Shown: positions 30,941 to 41,088 of the stretch, in pieces
Position numbering within the stretch: the first letter of the stretch is position 1
Layout: each line of letters opens with the position of its first letter
Assembly: GCA_004321885.1 (NCBI GenBank)
Contig: SCQK01000013.1
Location: forward strand, 1 to 64,000
Direction of reading: 5' to 3'
From: Patescibacteria group bacterium
GTDB lineage: Bacteria; Patescibacteriota; Patescibacteriia; Magasanikbacterales; GWA2-37-8
Length of the DNA stretch: 64,000 nt
The notes under the pieces: model-generated
The model's database searches: none
Told to the model about the DNA's origin: nothing
The model's input: the letters and a program-made list of their open reading frames with translations, nothing else
Position numbers and translations under genes: made by a program

Positions 30941-32834
30941 ATTCGCCCTGCGCGGAAAATACAAGCGGGCGTGGGTGGAAGAATCCTTTTCGGTTGACAA
31001 TGCCAACCGCGCTTATCTGGGTACGAGCGTCAAAAACGGGCGCGTCGCGATTTTGGCCCTCGTCGCTTTCGGCTTGCTGGCGCTGGCGCTGACAAAAATA
31101 TTTATCTTACAGGTAATAAAAGGCGGCGAATTTCGCGCCCAGGCCGAAGGCAACCGCGTGCGCCTGCGGCCCATTCCCTCGGAAAGGGGAATAATCTACG
31201 ACCGCTTTGGCCGCGAACTCGTGCGCAACACGCCCAATTTTTCCTTGGCGCTGGTGCCGCAAGATTTACCCAAAACATCCGAAGATAGAAAAAAAATCAT
31301 CAAGGAAGTGGTGGAGATAAGCGGCGCCGATGAAACCTTGATAAACGACCTCCTGAAAAAATACGGCTCATACAGCTACGCGTCGCTCATGATAAAAGAA
31401 AACTTAAATTATGAAACTGCCATCCGCCTGATTATACAGAGCGCGCACCTGCCCGGAGTGATTATAGAAAAAGGCAGCAAGAGAAAATATCTATTGCAAA
31501 CCACAACCACCACTTTAAGCCTGTCTCATATCCTGGGCTATGAAAGCAAACTGAATGAGGAAGAATACAAGCTGAACAAAAACGCCGGCTATCTGCTTTT
31601 TGACGACATCGGCAAAACCGGTTTGGAAAAAATTTATGAACCGGAATTGCGCGGCCAATACGGACGGAAAAAAATTGAGGTGGACGCCCTGGGACGCGAG
31701 CGGAACGTGCTGGCCGAGGAAGCGCCCCGGCCCGGCGACAATATTTATTTAACCATAGACATTGAAGCGCAAGCCAAGCTGGAACAACTTTTGCAGGCCG
31801 CTCTGGACAAGCAGGGCAAGAAAAAAGGGGCCGCCGTAGCCATGGATCCGCGCGACGGCTCTATTATAGCCCTCGTCAGCCTGCCGGCCTTTGACAATAA
31901 TTTATTTTCCGGAGGAATAGGCCAGGATGAGTACATGAAATACGCGAACGACGAAAACAATCCGCTTTTTGACAGGGCTATCAGCGGTCAATATCCCTCC
32001 GGGTCCATCGTAAAAATGCTGGTGGCCGCGGCCGCTTTGCAGGAAGGAATCATAAATTCAAAAACGACCGTGCTAAGCAAAGGCGGATTGCAGGTTGGTC
32101 GATGGTTTTTTAAGGATTGGAACGCCGGCGGACACGGCATCACCAATGTTGCCAAAGCAATTGCCTGGTCCGTGAATACCTTTTTTTATTACATCGGCGG
32201 CGGCTACGGAGACTTTTCCGGTCTGGGCGCCGACCTTTTAACCAAGTACCTGCGCGATTTTGGACTAGCCAAAAAAACAGCCGTTGATTTGCCGGGCGAG
32301 GCCGACGGTTTTGTGCCAAGCAAAGAATGGAAACTAACGACCAAAGGCGAAAAATGGTTTGTGGGTGACACATATAATCTGTCCATCGGCCAGGGCGACT
32401 TGTTGGTGACGCCGATTCAAGCAGCCGCCTGGACAGCGGCGGTGGCTAATGGGGGGTTTATCGTCACTCCTCATTTAGCCGCCAAAATTGAAAATACGCT
32501 CAAAAAAAAATCCGTGGAAATTGAGTACGAGAAGCGGCGCGGACCGGTTTCAGCATCCAATATGGCCGTCGTCAGGGCCGGCATGCGCGAATGTGTGACA
32601 TACGGCAGTTGTAAAATAATGCAGACATTACCGTTTGCCGCGGGCGGCAAAACCGGCACGGCCCAGTGGAGCAAATCAAGGGGCAATCACGCCTGGTTTA
32701 CCTCTTTCGCCCCCTACGACTCTCCCAAAATCGTCGTCACCGTGCTAGTGGAGGAGGGCGGCCAGGGCAGTTCGGTTTCCCAGCCAGTGGCGCGCGATTT
32801 TTTGGCCTGGTGGGGAAAAAAATACATCAGATAA
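30933..32834 (+). CDS. mrdA: Penicillin-binding protein 2 (elongasome transpeptidase)
   Basis: Active-site 'SGSIVK' (SxxK), 'SVN', 'KTGTA'. ATG at 30933 overlaps the mreD stop (ATGAATAA). Confidence 0.85.
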   Translation: MNKFALRGKYKRAWVEESFSVDNANRAYLGTSVKNGRVAILALVAFGLLALALTKIFILQVIKGGEFRAQAEGNRVRLRPIPSERGIIYDRFGRELVRNTPNFSLALVPQDLPKTSEDRKKIIKEVVEISGADETLINDLLKKYGSYSYASLMIKENLNYETAIRLIIQSAHLPGVIIEKGSKRKYLLQTTTTTLSLSHILGYESKLNEEEYKLNKNAGYLLFDDIGKTGLEKIYEPELRGQYGRKKIEVDALGRERNVLAEEAPRPGDNIYLTIDIEAQAKLEQLLQAALDKQGKKKGAAVAMDPRDGSIIALVSLPAFDNNLFSGGIGQDEYMKYANDENNPLFDRAISGQYPSGSIVKMLVAAAALQEGIINSKTTVLSKGGLQVGRWFFKDWNAGGHGITNVAKAIAWSVNTFFYYIGGGYGDFSGLGADLLTKYLRDFGLAKKTAVDLPGEADGFVPSKEWKLTTKGEKWFVGDTYNLSIGQGDLLVTPIQAAAWTAAVANGGFIVTPHLAAKIENTLKKKSVEIEYEKRRGPVSASNMAVVRAGMRECVTYGSCKIMQTLPFAAGGKTGTAQWSKSRGNHAWFTSFAPYDSPKIVVTVLVEEGGQGSSVSQPVARDFLAWWGKKYIR

Positions 32835-32854
32835 GGGATGCCCTTTCCGTGCGG

Positions 32855-32882
32855 TTGACTTTACTTTAATTCGTGCTATAAT
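32855..32882 (+). promoter_or_regulatory. Sigma70-like promoter (TTGACT-16-TATAAT) for greA
   Basis: Seen directly: 'ttgactttactttaattcgtgctataat'. A GTCATT...AATCC family hairpin (32910-32940) follows in the leader. Confidence 0.5.
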
Positions 32883-32947
32883 CTACTTCATTAAACAACA
32901 AAATAACATTGTCATTCTCCCGATTAAGTCGGGGGAATCCAGCATAT

Positions 32948-33418
32948 ATGACAGATGAAAAAGTTCACTATCTCACTCCGCAAGGATTGGACGCGCTGAA
33001 AAAAGAATACGACGAGCTGAAAAACATAAAAATTCCGGAAATCGCGAACCGGATAGACGAGGCCAAACAGCAGGGCGACCTATCGGAAAACGCCGAATAT
33101 CACCAGGCCAAAGAAGATATGGCCTGGGCCCAAGGCCGGCTGATGGAGGTGAGATACGTACTTGACCGCGCCCAAGTAATGGAGCCGGGCAGTAAAAAAA
33201 GCGAAGTGGTGAACGTGGGCAGTACCGTGAAGACAAAGGTGAATGGCAACGAGAGACAGTACACCATCGTGGGCCCCCAGGAGGCTGACCCGCTCGCAGG
33301 CAAAATTTCCAACGAGTCTCCGTTGGGCGCGGCGTTTTTGGGCGCCAAGGCCGGGGACAAGGTAGCTGTCAGAACTCCGGCCGGAGAGCAGATTTATAAA
33401 ATTATTGAAATTAATTAA
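32948..33418 (+). CDS. greA: Transcription elongation factor GreA (copy 1)
   Basis: 'DLSENAEYHQAKE' and C-terminal FKBP-like domain. ATG at 32948. Confidence 0.85.
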   Translation: MTDEKVHYLTPQGLDALKKEYDELKNIKIPEIANRIDEAKQQGDLSENAEYHQAKEDMAWAQGRLMEVRYVLDRAQVMEPGSKKSEVVNVGSTVKTKVNGNERQYTIVGPQEADPLAGKISNESPLGAAFLGAKAGDKVAVRTPAGEQIYKIIEIN

Positions 33419-33421
33419 CCT

Positions 33422-34567
33422 ATGTCTAATTTTTTAATTTCGTCAGAATCCGTAACCGAGGGTCATCCGGATAAAATTTGCGACCAAATTTCAGACGCGA
33501 TTTTGGATTCGCTTCTTACCCAGGACGCGAAATCGCACGTGGCCGTAGAAAGTTTTGTTACGACCGGTTTGGCCATAGTGGGAGGAGAAGTAAGCACGCG
33601 CGGCTACATTGACGTGCAAAAAACCGTGCGCGAGGTGTTGTGCGACATCGGCTACAACGACGCGGCTTACGGCATTGATTACGAACACGCCGGGGTTTTA
33701 GTTTCCATTCATGAACAGTCACCCGATATCGCGCAAGGCGTCAACAAGACGACCGTGGAAGAGCAGGGGGCCGGGGATCAGGGCTTGATGTTTGGCTATG
33801 CCTGCGATGAGACGCCCGAGCTGATGCCCCTGCCGATTACGTTGGCGCATAAGCTGGCGCGCCGGTTGGCCGAGGTGCGCAAAGACGGCACTCTGCCGTA
33901 CTTGCGGCCGGACGGCAAAACCCAGGTGGCCGTGGAATACAGCGATAACGGACCGGTGCGCGTGCACAATGTGGTGGTGGCGGCGCAGCATCATGAAACA
34001 GTGGCCTTGGAACAATTACGCGAGGATATAAAAAAGCACGTGATAATGCCGGTGTGCGAAAAATACGTTGACGAGCGCACGGAATATCACATCAACATGA
34101 CCGGCCGGTTCGTAGTCGGCGGTCCGCAGGGCGATACCGGACTGACCGGCAGAAAAATTATCGTTGACACTTACGGAGGCATTGGCAGGCACGGCGGCGG
34201 CTGTTTTTCAGGCAAAGACCCCTCCAAAGTTGACCGTTCCGCCGCGTACATGGCGAGATATGTCGCCAAAAATATTGTGGCAGCCGGATTGGCAAAGAAA
34301 TGCGAACTGCAGGTGGCGTATGTCATCGGCCGCGCCGAGCCGACCAGTTTGCATGTGGATACTTTTGGCACCGGCAAGGTGAGCGATGAAAAATTAGAAG
34401 AAGCGGTGAAAAAAATATTTGATTTCCGGCCGGGAAAAATTATTGAACACTTGGATTTAATGCGGCCGATATACCGTGCCACGGCCGTCTATGGTCACTT
34501 TGGCAGGCCGGAATTTCCCTGGGAGAAGACGGACAAGGCGGAAGAATTACAGAACGCGGTTTGCTAA
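33422..34567 (+). CDS. metK: S-adenosylmethionine synthetase
   Basis: '[19 protein letters not shown]', '[12 protein letters not shown]', 'GGGAFSGKD'-like 'GGGCFSGKD'. Confidence 0.95.
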   Translation: MSNFLISSESVTEGHPDKICDQISDAILDSLLTQDAKSHVAVESFVTTGLAIVGGEVSTRGYIDVQKTVREVLCDIGYNDAAYGIDYEHAGVLVSIHEQSPDIAQGVNKTTVEEQGAGDQGLMFGYACDETPELMPLPITLAHKLARRLAEVRKDGTLPYLRPDGKTQVAVEYSDNGPVRVHNVVVAAQHHETVALEQLREDIKKHVIMPVCEKYVDERTEYHINMTGRFVVGGPQGDTGLTGRKIIVDTYGGIGRHGGGCFSGKDPSKVDRSAAYMARYVAKNIVAAGLAKKCELQVAYVIGRAEPTSLHVDTFGTGKVSDEKLEEAVKKIFDFRPGKIIEHLDLMRPIYRATAVYGHFGRPEFPWEKTDKAEELQNAVC

Positions 34568-34643
34568 TGTTCAAAAAAATAACTATACGAATTTCGTCTG
34601 ACTCACTTCGCATAGGCGCTAAATTTGTATAGTTATTTTATTT

Positions 34644-34672
34644 TTGACCATTTTAGCAAATTGAGGTATAAT
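34644..34672 (+). promoter_or_regulatory. Sigma70-like promoter (TTGACC-17-TATAAT) upstream of lysS
   Basis: Seen directly: 'ttgaccattttagcaaattgaggtataat'. Confidence 0.5.
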
Positions 34673-34701
34673 ATCTCTGCTTTTAAGCGTATTTTTGATA
34701 T

Positions 34702-36168
34702 ATGCTACAAAATATAAGCGAGGAAAAAATAAGATTGGAACGGCTGGAAAGTTTGCGCCAACAGGGGATTAACCCGTACCCGGCCAGAGTAGAGCGCGAG
34801 CAGACAACTAAAGAAGCCAAAGCAGAGAAAGAAGGGGCCAAAACATCCATTGCCGGCCGCCTTGTTTCCAAAAGGGAAATGGGCAAACTTTGTTTCTCGC
34901 ACATTAAAGACGAGAGCGGTTCTGTTCAAGTCGCTTTTTCGGAAAAAGAATTGGGCAAAGAAAAATACAAATTTTTCACCAAGAATTTTGACCTAGGCGA
35001 TTTTGTGGCTATCTCCGGAGAAATGTTTGTCACGCATAAGGGCGAGATAACGGTTTTGGTAAAAGATTTTCAGCTTATCAGCAAGGCGCTTCTGCCTTTG
35101 CCAGAAAAATTTCACGGCTTGTCAGACGTGGAGATCCGTTACCGCAAAAGATACCTGGATTTGTTGGCCAATGAGGAGGCGATGAAAATCGCCAAGACGC
35201 GGTCGCTTTTGGTGCGCGAGATACGCCGGTATTTTGACGACAAAGGGTTTTTTGAAGTGGAGACGCCGGAACTGCAGTCGCTCTACGGCGGCGCCTTGGC
35301 CAAACCGTTTGTCACGCATCACAACGCCCTGAACATGGATTTGTATCTGCGCATCGCGCCTGAATTGTATTTGAAACGCCTCATCGTGGGCGGATTTGAA
35401 AAGGTTTACGAAATCGCGCGCTGTTTTCGCAATGAGGGCATTGACCACAACCACAATCCGGAATTTACCCAGATAGAATTTTATTGGGCTTACGCGGATT
35501 ACAACAAATTGATGGATTTGATGGAGGATTTATTGCCGACGCTGATTAAAAAAATCGGCCTGCCTTTGCGGTTTACCGCCGAGGGGCAAGAAGTGGATTT
35601 TACACCGCCGTACCCGCGCGTCACCATGAGGGACTTGATAAAAAAACACGCCAAGATAGATATAGAGGATTTTCCGGACCAGAAATCGCTTTACAAAAAA
35701 GCGGTCGCGCTGAAGGTGGAGGGGATTGATAAAAACACCGGCCGGGGAAAATTGATAGACGAGATTTATAAAACTTTCGCCAGGCCGAAGATCACCGATC
35801 CGATTTTTGTGATTGACCATCCGGTGGAGCTGTCGCCTCTGGCCAAGGCCAAAGAAGACGACCCGCGCTACGTGGAACGCATGCAGCTGTTGTGCGTGGG
35901 CGGAAACGAGCTCTGTAACGCTTTTTCCGAGCTGAACGACCCGCTGGATCAGGAAGCGCGGTTTAAGGAGCAGGAGCGTTTGCAGAAAGAGGGCGACGAA
36001 GAGAGTATGCCCTATGACGCGGATTTTGTGGAAGCGCTAAGGCACGGCATGCCGCCGACCGCCGGGTTGGGCATGGGTATTGACCGGCTGGTGAAGCTTT
36101 TAGTCAATGCTGGCAATTTGAAGGAGGTAATTCTGTTCCCAACCCTCAAACCAGAGCAGAAATTATGA
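34702..36168 (+). CDS. lysS: Lysyl-tRNA synthetase, class II
   Basis: OB-fold N-terminus and class II motifs ('FRNEGID', 'GGNELCNAFSELND', 'GMGIDRL'). Confidence 0.9.
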   Translation: MLQNISEEKIRLERLESLRQQGINPYPARVEREQTTKEAKAEKEGAKTSIAGRLVSKREMGKLCFSHIKDESGSVQVAFSEKELGKEKYKFFTKNFDLGDFVAISGEMFVTHKGEITVLVKDFQLISKALLPLPEKFHGLSDVEIRYRKRYLDLLANEEAMKIAKTRSLLVREIRRYFDDKGFFEVETPELQSLYGGALAKPFVTHHNALNMDLYLRIAPELYLKRLIVGGFEKVYEIARCFRNEGIDHNHNPEFTQIEFYWAYADYNKLMDLMEDLLPTLIKKIGLPLRFTAEGQEVDFTPPYPRVTMRDLIKKHAKIDIEDFPDQKSLYKKAVALKVEGIDKNTGRGKLIDEIYKTFARPKITDPIFVIDHPVELSPLAKAKEDDPRYVERMQLLCVGGNELCNAFSELNDPLDQEARFKEQERLQKEGDEESMPYDADFVEALRHGMPPTAGLGMGIDRLVKLLVNAGNLKEVILFPTLKPEQKL

Positions 36169-36575
36169 AAAAAGTGATGGTGTTTGGAACTTTTGATATT
36201 TTACACCGGGGACATGAGTATGTGCTAAAGCAGGCGAAGAAATATGGGGATTATTTGGTGGCCGTGGCGGCGCGAGACACCAATGTGCGCAAAATTAAGG
36301 GTCGCGCGCCGTTAAACAACGAAAAAACCCGCGTCCGTAATTTGAAAAAACTCGGTTTGGCCGACAAGGCGCGCTTGGGGTATGTGCGCGATCCATATAA
36401 AGTGATAACTGAAGAAAAACCAAATGTAATCGCGCTGGGATACGACCAAAAAGAGTTTGTTGAGGGTTTGAAGAGGTTTAAAAATGTAAAAATAGTGCGG
36501 TTAAAAGCATTTAAGCCGAACATTTACAAAAGTTCAAAGATGCGAAATGAAAAAAATTCTTATTGCGACAAGTAA
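36165..36575 (+). CDS. Cytidylyltransferase-like nucleotidyltransferase (RibL/TagD-type HxGH)
   Basis: 'VFGTFDILHRGHEYVL' H-x-G-H motif. 136 aa. Confidence 0.6.
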   Translation: MKKVMVFGTFDILHRGHEYVLKQAKKYGDYLVAVAARDTNVRKIKGRAPLNNEKTRVRNLKKLGLADKARLGYVRDPYKVITEEKPNVIALGYDQKEFVEGLKRFKNVKIVRLKAFKPNIYKSSKMRNEKNSYCDK

Positions 36576-37581
36576 TCAAGGAAAATTTGAGGAAATGACG
36601 GCAGAATTCGCCGACCTGCCTTTTAAGTTTGTTTCTCTGCGTGATTTAAGATTGAACAAGCTTGAACCAACCGAAACAGCCAATACTACTTGGGAAAACG
36701 CGGTCAGTAAAGCGCGATTTTTTGCCAAAAAAAGCGGATTACTAACGATAGCTGAAGACACGGGATTTTTTGTGGATTATTTAAACGGCCGGCCGGGTGT
36801 GCACGCGCGCCGCTGGGCCACCACGCCACAGGAGCGCAACCGCAAAATAATTGATGGGTTAAAGGACGCGTCCAAAGGCAAACGCGGAGCGTACTTTGAA
36901 ACATCGGCCTGCGTCTACAATCCGGGAAACAATTCGTTTAGTGTGTTCAAGGGTCAGGCGAGGGGAGTGATAACGCGAAAATTGACCGGCGCTTCTCGGG
37001 GCGGTTTGCAGTATGATTCCATTTTTTATTATCCCCCGCTCAAAAAAACATTCGCCGAACTCCCGCTTTTGGAAAAAAACAAAGTCAGCCATCGGGGCAA
37101 AACGGTTAATCAAATAAAATATTTTCTCACTAAACAATTTGACACGCGGCAGTTTTCCGTGCCGGTCGCGCTTATAGTCAAAGACCACAGAATGCTGGTG
37201 CTCAAGAGGCGCGATTATCGTGAAGAGTTTAACGGCAAATGGGAATTCCCCGGCGGCGCCGTGGAGTATGGAGAAAGCATAGCCGATTGCTTGAAAAGAG
37301 AGACGCGTGAAGAATCGGGGTTTTCCGTGAAAATATTGGAACAATTGCCGGAAGTTATGACAACGGTCAGAAAACCGAAAGACGGCGGCTATCAAGTTCA
37401 TCTAGTCATCTTTATTTGCCGCGTGAAATCCGGTTCCCTGAAACTGGCTGACAACGAACATTACCAAAGCGGCTGGTTTAGTTATCGCGAGGCGTTAAAA
37501 AAGAAAATTATTCCCTTGAACAAAAAAAGTTTTCAAGCTCCCGCCAATAAAAAAGTACTATTAAAATACATTGATTTATAA
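36547..37581 (+). CDS. Fusion protein: RdgB/Ham1 non-canonical purine NTP pyrophosphatase + NUDIX hydrolase
   Basis: N-terminal 'ILIATSNQGKFEEM' and 'AEDTGFFVDYLNGRPG' (Ham1). C-terminal Nudix box 'GKWEFPGGAVEYGESIADCLKRETREESG'. Confidence 0.75.
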   Translation: MKKILIATSNQGKFEEMTAEFADLPFKFVSLRDLRLNKLEPTETANTTWENAVSKARFFAKKSGLLTIAEDTGFFVDYLNGRPGVHARRWATTPQERNRKIIDGLKDASKGKRGAYFETSACVYNPGNNSFSVFKGQARGVITRKLTGASRGGLQYDSIFYYPPLKKTFAELPLLEKNKVSHRGKTVNQIKYFLTKQFDTRQFSVPVALIVKDHRMLVLKRRDYREEFNGKWEFPGGAVEYGESIADCLKRETREESGFSVKILEQLPEVMTTVRKPKDGGYQVHLVIFICRVKSGSLKLADNEHYQSGWFSYREALKKKIIPLNKKSFQAPANKKVLLKYIDL

Positions 37582-37590
37582 TGAACACAT

Positions 37591-38874
37591 ATGTTGGACA
37601 TAAAATACATCCGGGAAAACGCAGAAGCCGTGAAAGAAAATTGCGCCAATAGGGGAGTGGCGGCTGACATTGACGCATTGTTAAGATTAGACGAGCAGAG
37701 GCGGCAAACCCTGCAACAAGTGGAGCAGATGCGGGCCCAACGCAAACAGAAATCAAAAAGTAAACCCTCGGACGAGGAAATCGCCAAAATGCGTGAAGCA
37801 GGGGAGGAAATAAAGGAGGTGGAAGCGGAGTTGGCAGCCATTATGGCTAAACTTGAAGAAATTGCCTACAAAGTTCCAAACATGGTTTATCCGGGCACGC
37901 CCATAGGCAAAGATGAAACCGAGAATAAAGTAGTTAGAAAATTCGCCAATCTGCCCAAGTTTAATTTTCAACCAAAAGAACATTGGGAATTGGGTGAAAA
38001 ATTGGGGATAATTGACACAATTACGGCCACAAAAGTATCTGGCTCAAGATTCGCGTACTTAAAAGGCGCGTTGGTGAAGCTGGAATTTGCTTTAGTCCAG
38101 TATGCACTGGACGTATTGACCGATGAAAAAATTCTTAAAAAAATAATAAAATACAATAAGCTCAAAGTGTCGTCCAAGCCATTTTTGCCGGTAGTACCAC
38201 CTATGTTAATCAAACCAGACGTAATGCATAAAATGGCTCGCCTGGAACCACGCGAAGAACGTTATCATATCTCCGGCGACGACCTTTATCTGGTGGGTAG
38301 CGCCGAACATACCTTGGGCCCGATGCACATGGATACTATTTTAAAAGAGGAAGACCTGCCCATAAGATACGTCGGCTTTTCCACTGCTTTTCGCCGCGAG
38401 GCCGGCTCTTACGGCAAGGACATGAAGGGCATTTTGCGCGTGCACCAATTTGATAAAGTGGAAATGGAATCATTTACTGCGCCGGAGCAAGGCGTGGCCG
38501 AACAGGATTTCATTGTCGCCATTCAAGAATATCTGATGCAATCACTTGGCATTCCTTATCAGGTGGTGCAAAAATGCACAGGCGACATGGGAGCGCCGGA
38601 TTATAGAGAGTTTGATATAGAGGCATGGTTGCCCGGACAAAATAGGTATCGCGAAACACATACGGCTGATTACATGGCCGACTATCAATCGCGAAGATTA
38701 AACACAAAAGTGAAATTAGATGACGGCACAATCCATTTTGCTCATATGAATGACGCGACGGCTTTTGCCATTTCCCGCACGCCCATTGCCATAATGGAAA
38801 ATTTTCAGCAAGCAGACGGCAGTATTCTGGTGCCGAAAGCGCTACAGAAATATACGGGATTTAAAAAAATTTAA
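37591..38874 (+). CDS. serS: Seryl-tRNA synthetase
   Basis: N-terminal coiled coil and class II core ('FRREAGSYGKD', 'GSRFAYLKG'). Confidence 0.9.
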   Translation: MLDIKYIRENAEAVKENCANRGVAADIDALLRLDEQRRQTLQQVEQMRAQRKQKSKSKPSDEEIAKMREAGEEIKEVEAELAAIMAKLEEIAYKVPNMVYPGTPIGKDETENKVVRKFANLPKFNFQPKEHWELGEKLGIIDTITATKVSGSRFAYLKGALVKLEFALVQYALDVLTDEKILKKIIKYNKLKVSSKPFLPVVPPMLIKPDVMHKMARLEPREERYHISGDDLYLVGSAEHTLGPMHMDTILKEEDLPIRYVGFSTAFRREAGSYGKDMKGILRVHQFDKVEMESFTAPEQGVAEQDFIVAIQEYLMQSLGIPYQVVQKCTGDMGAPDYREFDIEAWLPGQNRYRETHTADYMADYQSRRLNTKVKLDDGTIHFAHMNDATAFAISRTPIAIMENFQQADGSILVPKALQKYTGFKKI

Positions 38875-38933
38875 TACCCCTCCTATCCTCCACCTTAATT
38901 AAGGGGGGGTAAGGTAGGGGGGTAAATATTATT

Positions 38934-40049
38934 ATGTTTTCGTGGATGGAAATAAACTCCAAAGCCATAGAGCATAACCTGAAAGAATTTCGCCGCGTAA
39001 TTGGCCCCAAAATTTTACTCATGCCTGTCGTAAAATCAAACGCTTATGGGCATGGACTTTTGGAAGTGGCGAGGATTTGCGACAAAAGTAAAGAAACGGA
39101 CCGGCTTTGCGTGGTCAATTCGGATGAAGCCATGGAACTGGTAAAAAATAAAATAAAAAAACCGATAATGATACTGAGTTTCTATGATTTTGATGAAAAA
39201 AGTCTGCTAACCTTAGCCAAAAAAGACGTTATTTTCCCGCTTTTTTCACTGAAACAAGCTAAAATCCTGAACAAAGCAGGGGAGAGGGCGCGTAAAAAAA
39301 TCAAAGTCCACCTTAAAATTGACACCGGCGCCGCGCGCCTGGGAATCTTGCCGCAAAACGCGGTTTCTTTCTGTGAGCAAATTCGTAAATTTAAAAATCT
39401 GAAATTGGAAGGATTGTGGAGCCACTTCGCCTCCAGCGAGGAAGACGGGGAGTACACAGAAAAACAAATTGCCAAATTCAACGAAACAACGCTCGCGCTC
39501 AAAAAAGCGGGGATTGATCCGCCGCTTAAACACATGGCTTGTTCGGCCTCGTCTGTTTTATACGAAAAAGCCAACCTAAACGGCGTCAGGCTTGGTCTGG
39601 GCATGTATGGTTTGTATTCGGCCAACAGCGACATGAAACTTAAAGTCAAACTGCGGCCGGCCCTGGCCTGGCGGGCGCGCGTCATTCAAATTAAAAACAT
39701 ACCGGCCGGCTCCAAAATCGGCTACGGAGGCACAGCCACCGCCGGCCGCCCCACAAAATTAGCCGTCATACCGGTCGGATACTTTGACGGCTACGACCGC
39801 GGGCTGTCCAATAAAGCGTTTGCGCTTGTAAAAGGCGAAAAATGCCCTGTGCTGGGCCGCATCTGCATGAACCTGTTTATGATAGACGTCACTTCTATTC
39901 AAAACGTAAGGGAAGGTGACGCGGCCACGCTTATCGGCCGGGAAGGCGCGAATGAAATATCGGCCGAAAATTTGGCGGACTGGGCCCAAACGATAAATTA
40001 CGAGATTGTTTCCAGGCTCAACCCGCAATTACCGAGAATTTTCAGATGA
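38934..40049 (+). CDS. alr: Alanine racemase
   Basis: PLP-Lys motif 'VVKSNAYGHG'. Two-domain length. Preceded by the repeat-element SD hairpin at 38877-38933. Confidence 0.85.
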   Translation: MFSWMEINSKAIEHNLKEFRRVIGPKILLMPVVKSNAYGHGLLEVARICDKSKETDRLCVVNSDEAMELVKNKIKKPIMILSFYDFDEKSLLTLAKKDVIFPLFSLKQAKILNKAGERARKKIKVHLKIDTGAARLGILPQNAVSFCEQIRKFKNLKLEGLWSHFASSEEDGEYTEKQIAKFNETTLALKKAGIDPPLKHMACSASSVLYEKANLNGVRLGLGMYGLYSANSDMKLKVKLRPALAWRARVIQIKNIPAGSKIGYGGTATAGRPTKLAVIPVGYFDGYDRGLSNKAFALVKGEKCPVLGRICMNLFMIDVTSIQNVREGDAATLIGREGANEISAENLADWAQTINYEIVSRLNPQLPRIFR

Positions 40050-40939
40050 AAAAATTTTATCGCTCACAAACCAATTTCAAACAATACAAACCGTACATTA
40101 GTAGACGGAGGCGGACGGTTAATCATGGCGTAAAAAAAATATTTATCATCGCGGTAGTCGCGCTGGCGACCGCCGGATGGCTCTGGCTCTTGTTGCGCCC
40201 ACCTTATTTTCAGATTCAAACCGTTTCCATAGAGGGTTTGGAAATAATTGACAGCGAGGAAATTCATTTACTCGTCAGGAATGAATACTTGAGTAAAAAA
40301 AGCTGGCTGGGTCTGCTCGCCAATGATAATTATTTTTCCGCCAGCGCCGCAAAAATAGAAAGGTTGATTGCGGATAAATACCCGCTCAATTTTCTTTCGG
40401 TTAAAAAATTATTTCCGAGAAGCATTTCCATATCACTAAAAGAAAAAATTTCCACCGTCATTTTAGACAACGGCAAAGATTATCTCCTGCTTGACGCAGA
40501 CGGCGGGTTGCTCAAAAGCCTCGGCGCGGCCGCTGTTTCAAATTCTACGCCGGTCGCGACCACGAGCGCGAGTACGACTATTTCCGCGCGCGCGCCGGAT
40601 TACTCCAAATTCAAAATTTTATATCCAAAATTTCCGCTGCTACTGTATGAAATGGAAGGACAAATTTCAGCTGACGGAAAAAATTTTCTATCAAGCAAAA
40701 TAATCAGTTCAGTTCTTGAACTTTCCCAAAGGCTAACCGCGGAAGCGGTGGAGACCAGGTATTTTGAGATGAACAGCCCGACGCACATCACAGCGCACGC
40801 GGCTAGACCAAAACAAATTATATTTGCTCTTAACGCTGACTTGGAACCACAAATGGAAAAACTGCGCATAATCATGCGCGCGAAAAAACCAAAAGAATAC
40901 GTTGACCTGCGCTACGGGGAAAGGGTGTTTTGGAAGTGA
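40046..40939 (+). CDS. ftsQ: FtsQ/DivIB-like cell-division protein (TM + POTRA)
   Basis: N-terminal basic tail and TM. 'FQIQTVSIEGLEIIDSEEI' POTRA-like. Confidence 0.6.
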   Translation: MKKFYRSQTNFKQYKPYISRRRRTVNHGVKKIFIIAVVALATAGWLWLLLRPPYFQIQTVSIEGLEIIDSEEIHLLVRNEYLSKKSWLGLLANDNYFSASAAKIERLIADKYPLNFLSVKKLFPRSISISLKEKISTVILDNGKDYLLLDADGGLLKSLGAAAVSNSTPVATTSASTTISARAPDYSKFKILYPKFPLLLYEMEGQISADGKNFLSSKIISSVLELSQRLTAEAVETRYFEMNSPTHITAHAARPKQIIFALNADLEPQMEKLRIIMRAKKPKEYVDLRYGERVFWK

Positions 40940-41088
40940 GGGGAATAGAGGAGGGGGTGTGGACAAGTGCGTTTGACCATATTTATAAAGAGTTATATAA
41001 TTGAGTATAATATCTCTTACACTCAATTCCGTCGCAGTAAAACTGCTCCGGAAGTGTAAGAGTCGGTTAAGTTAGTATTCTATTACGT

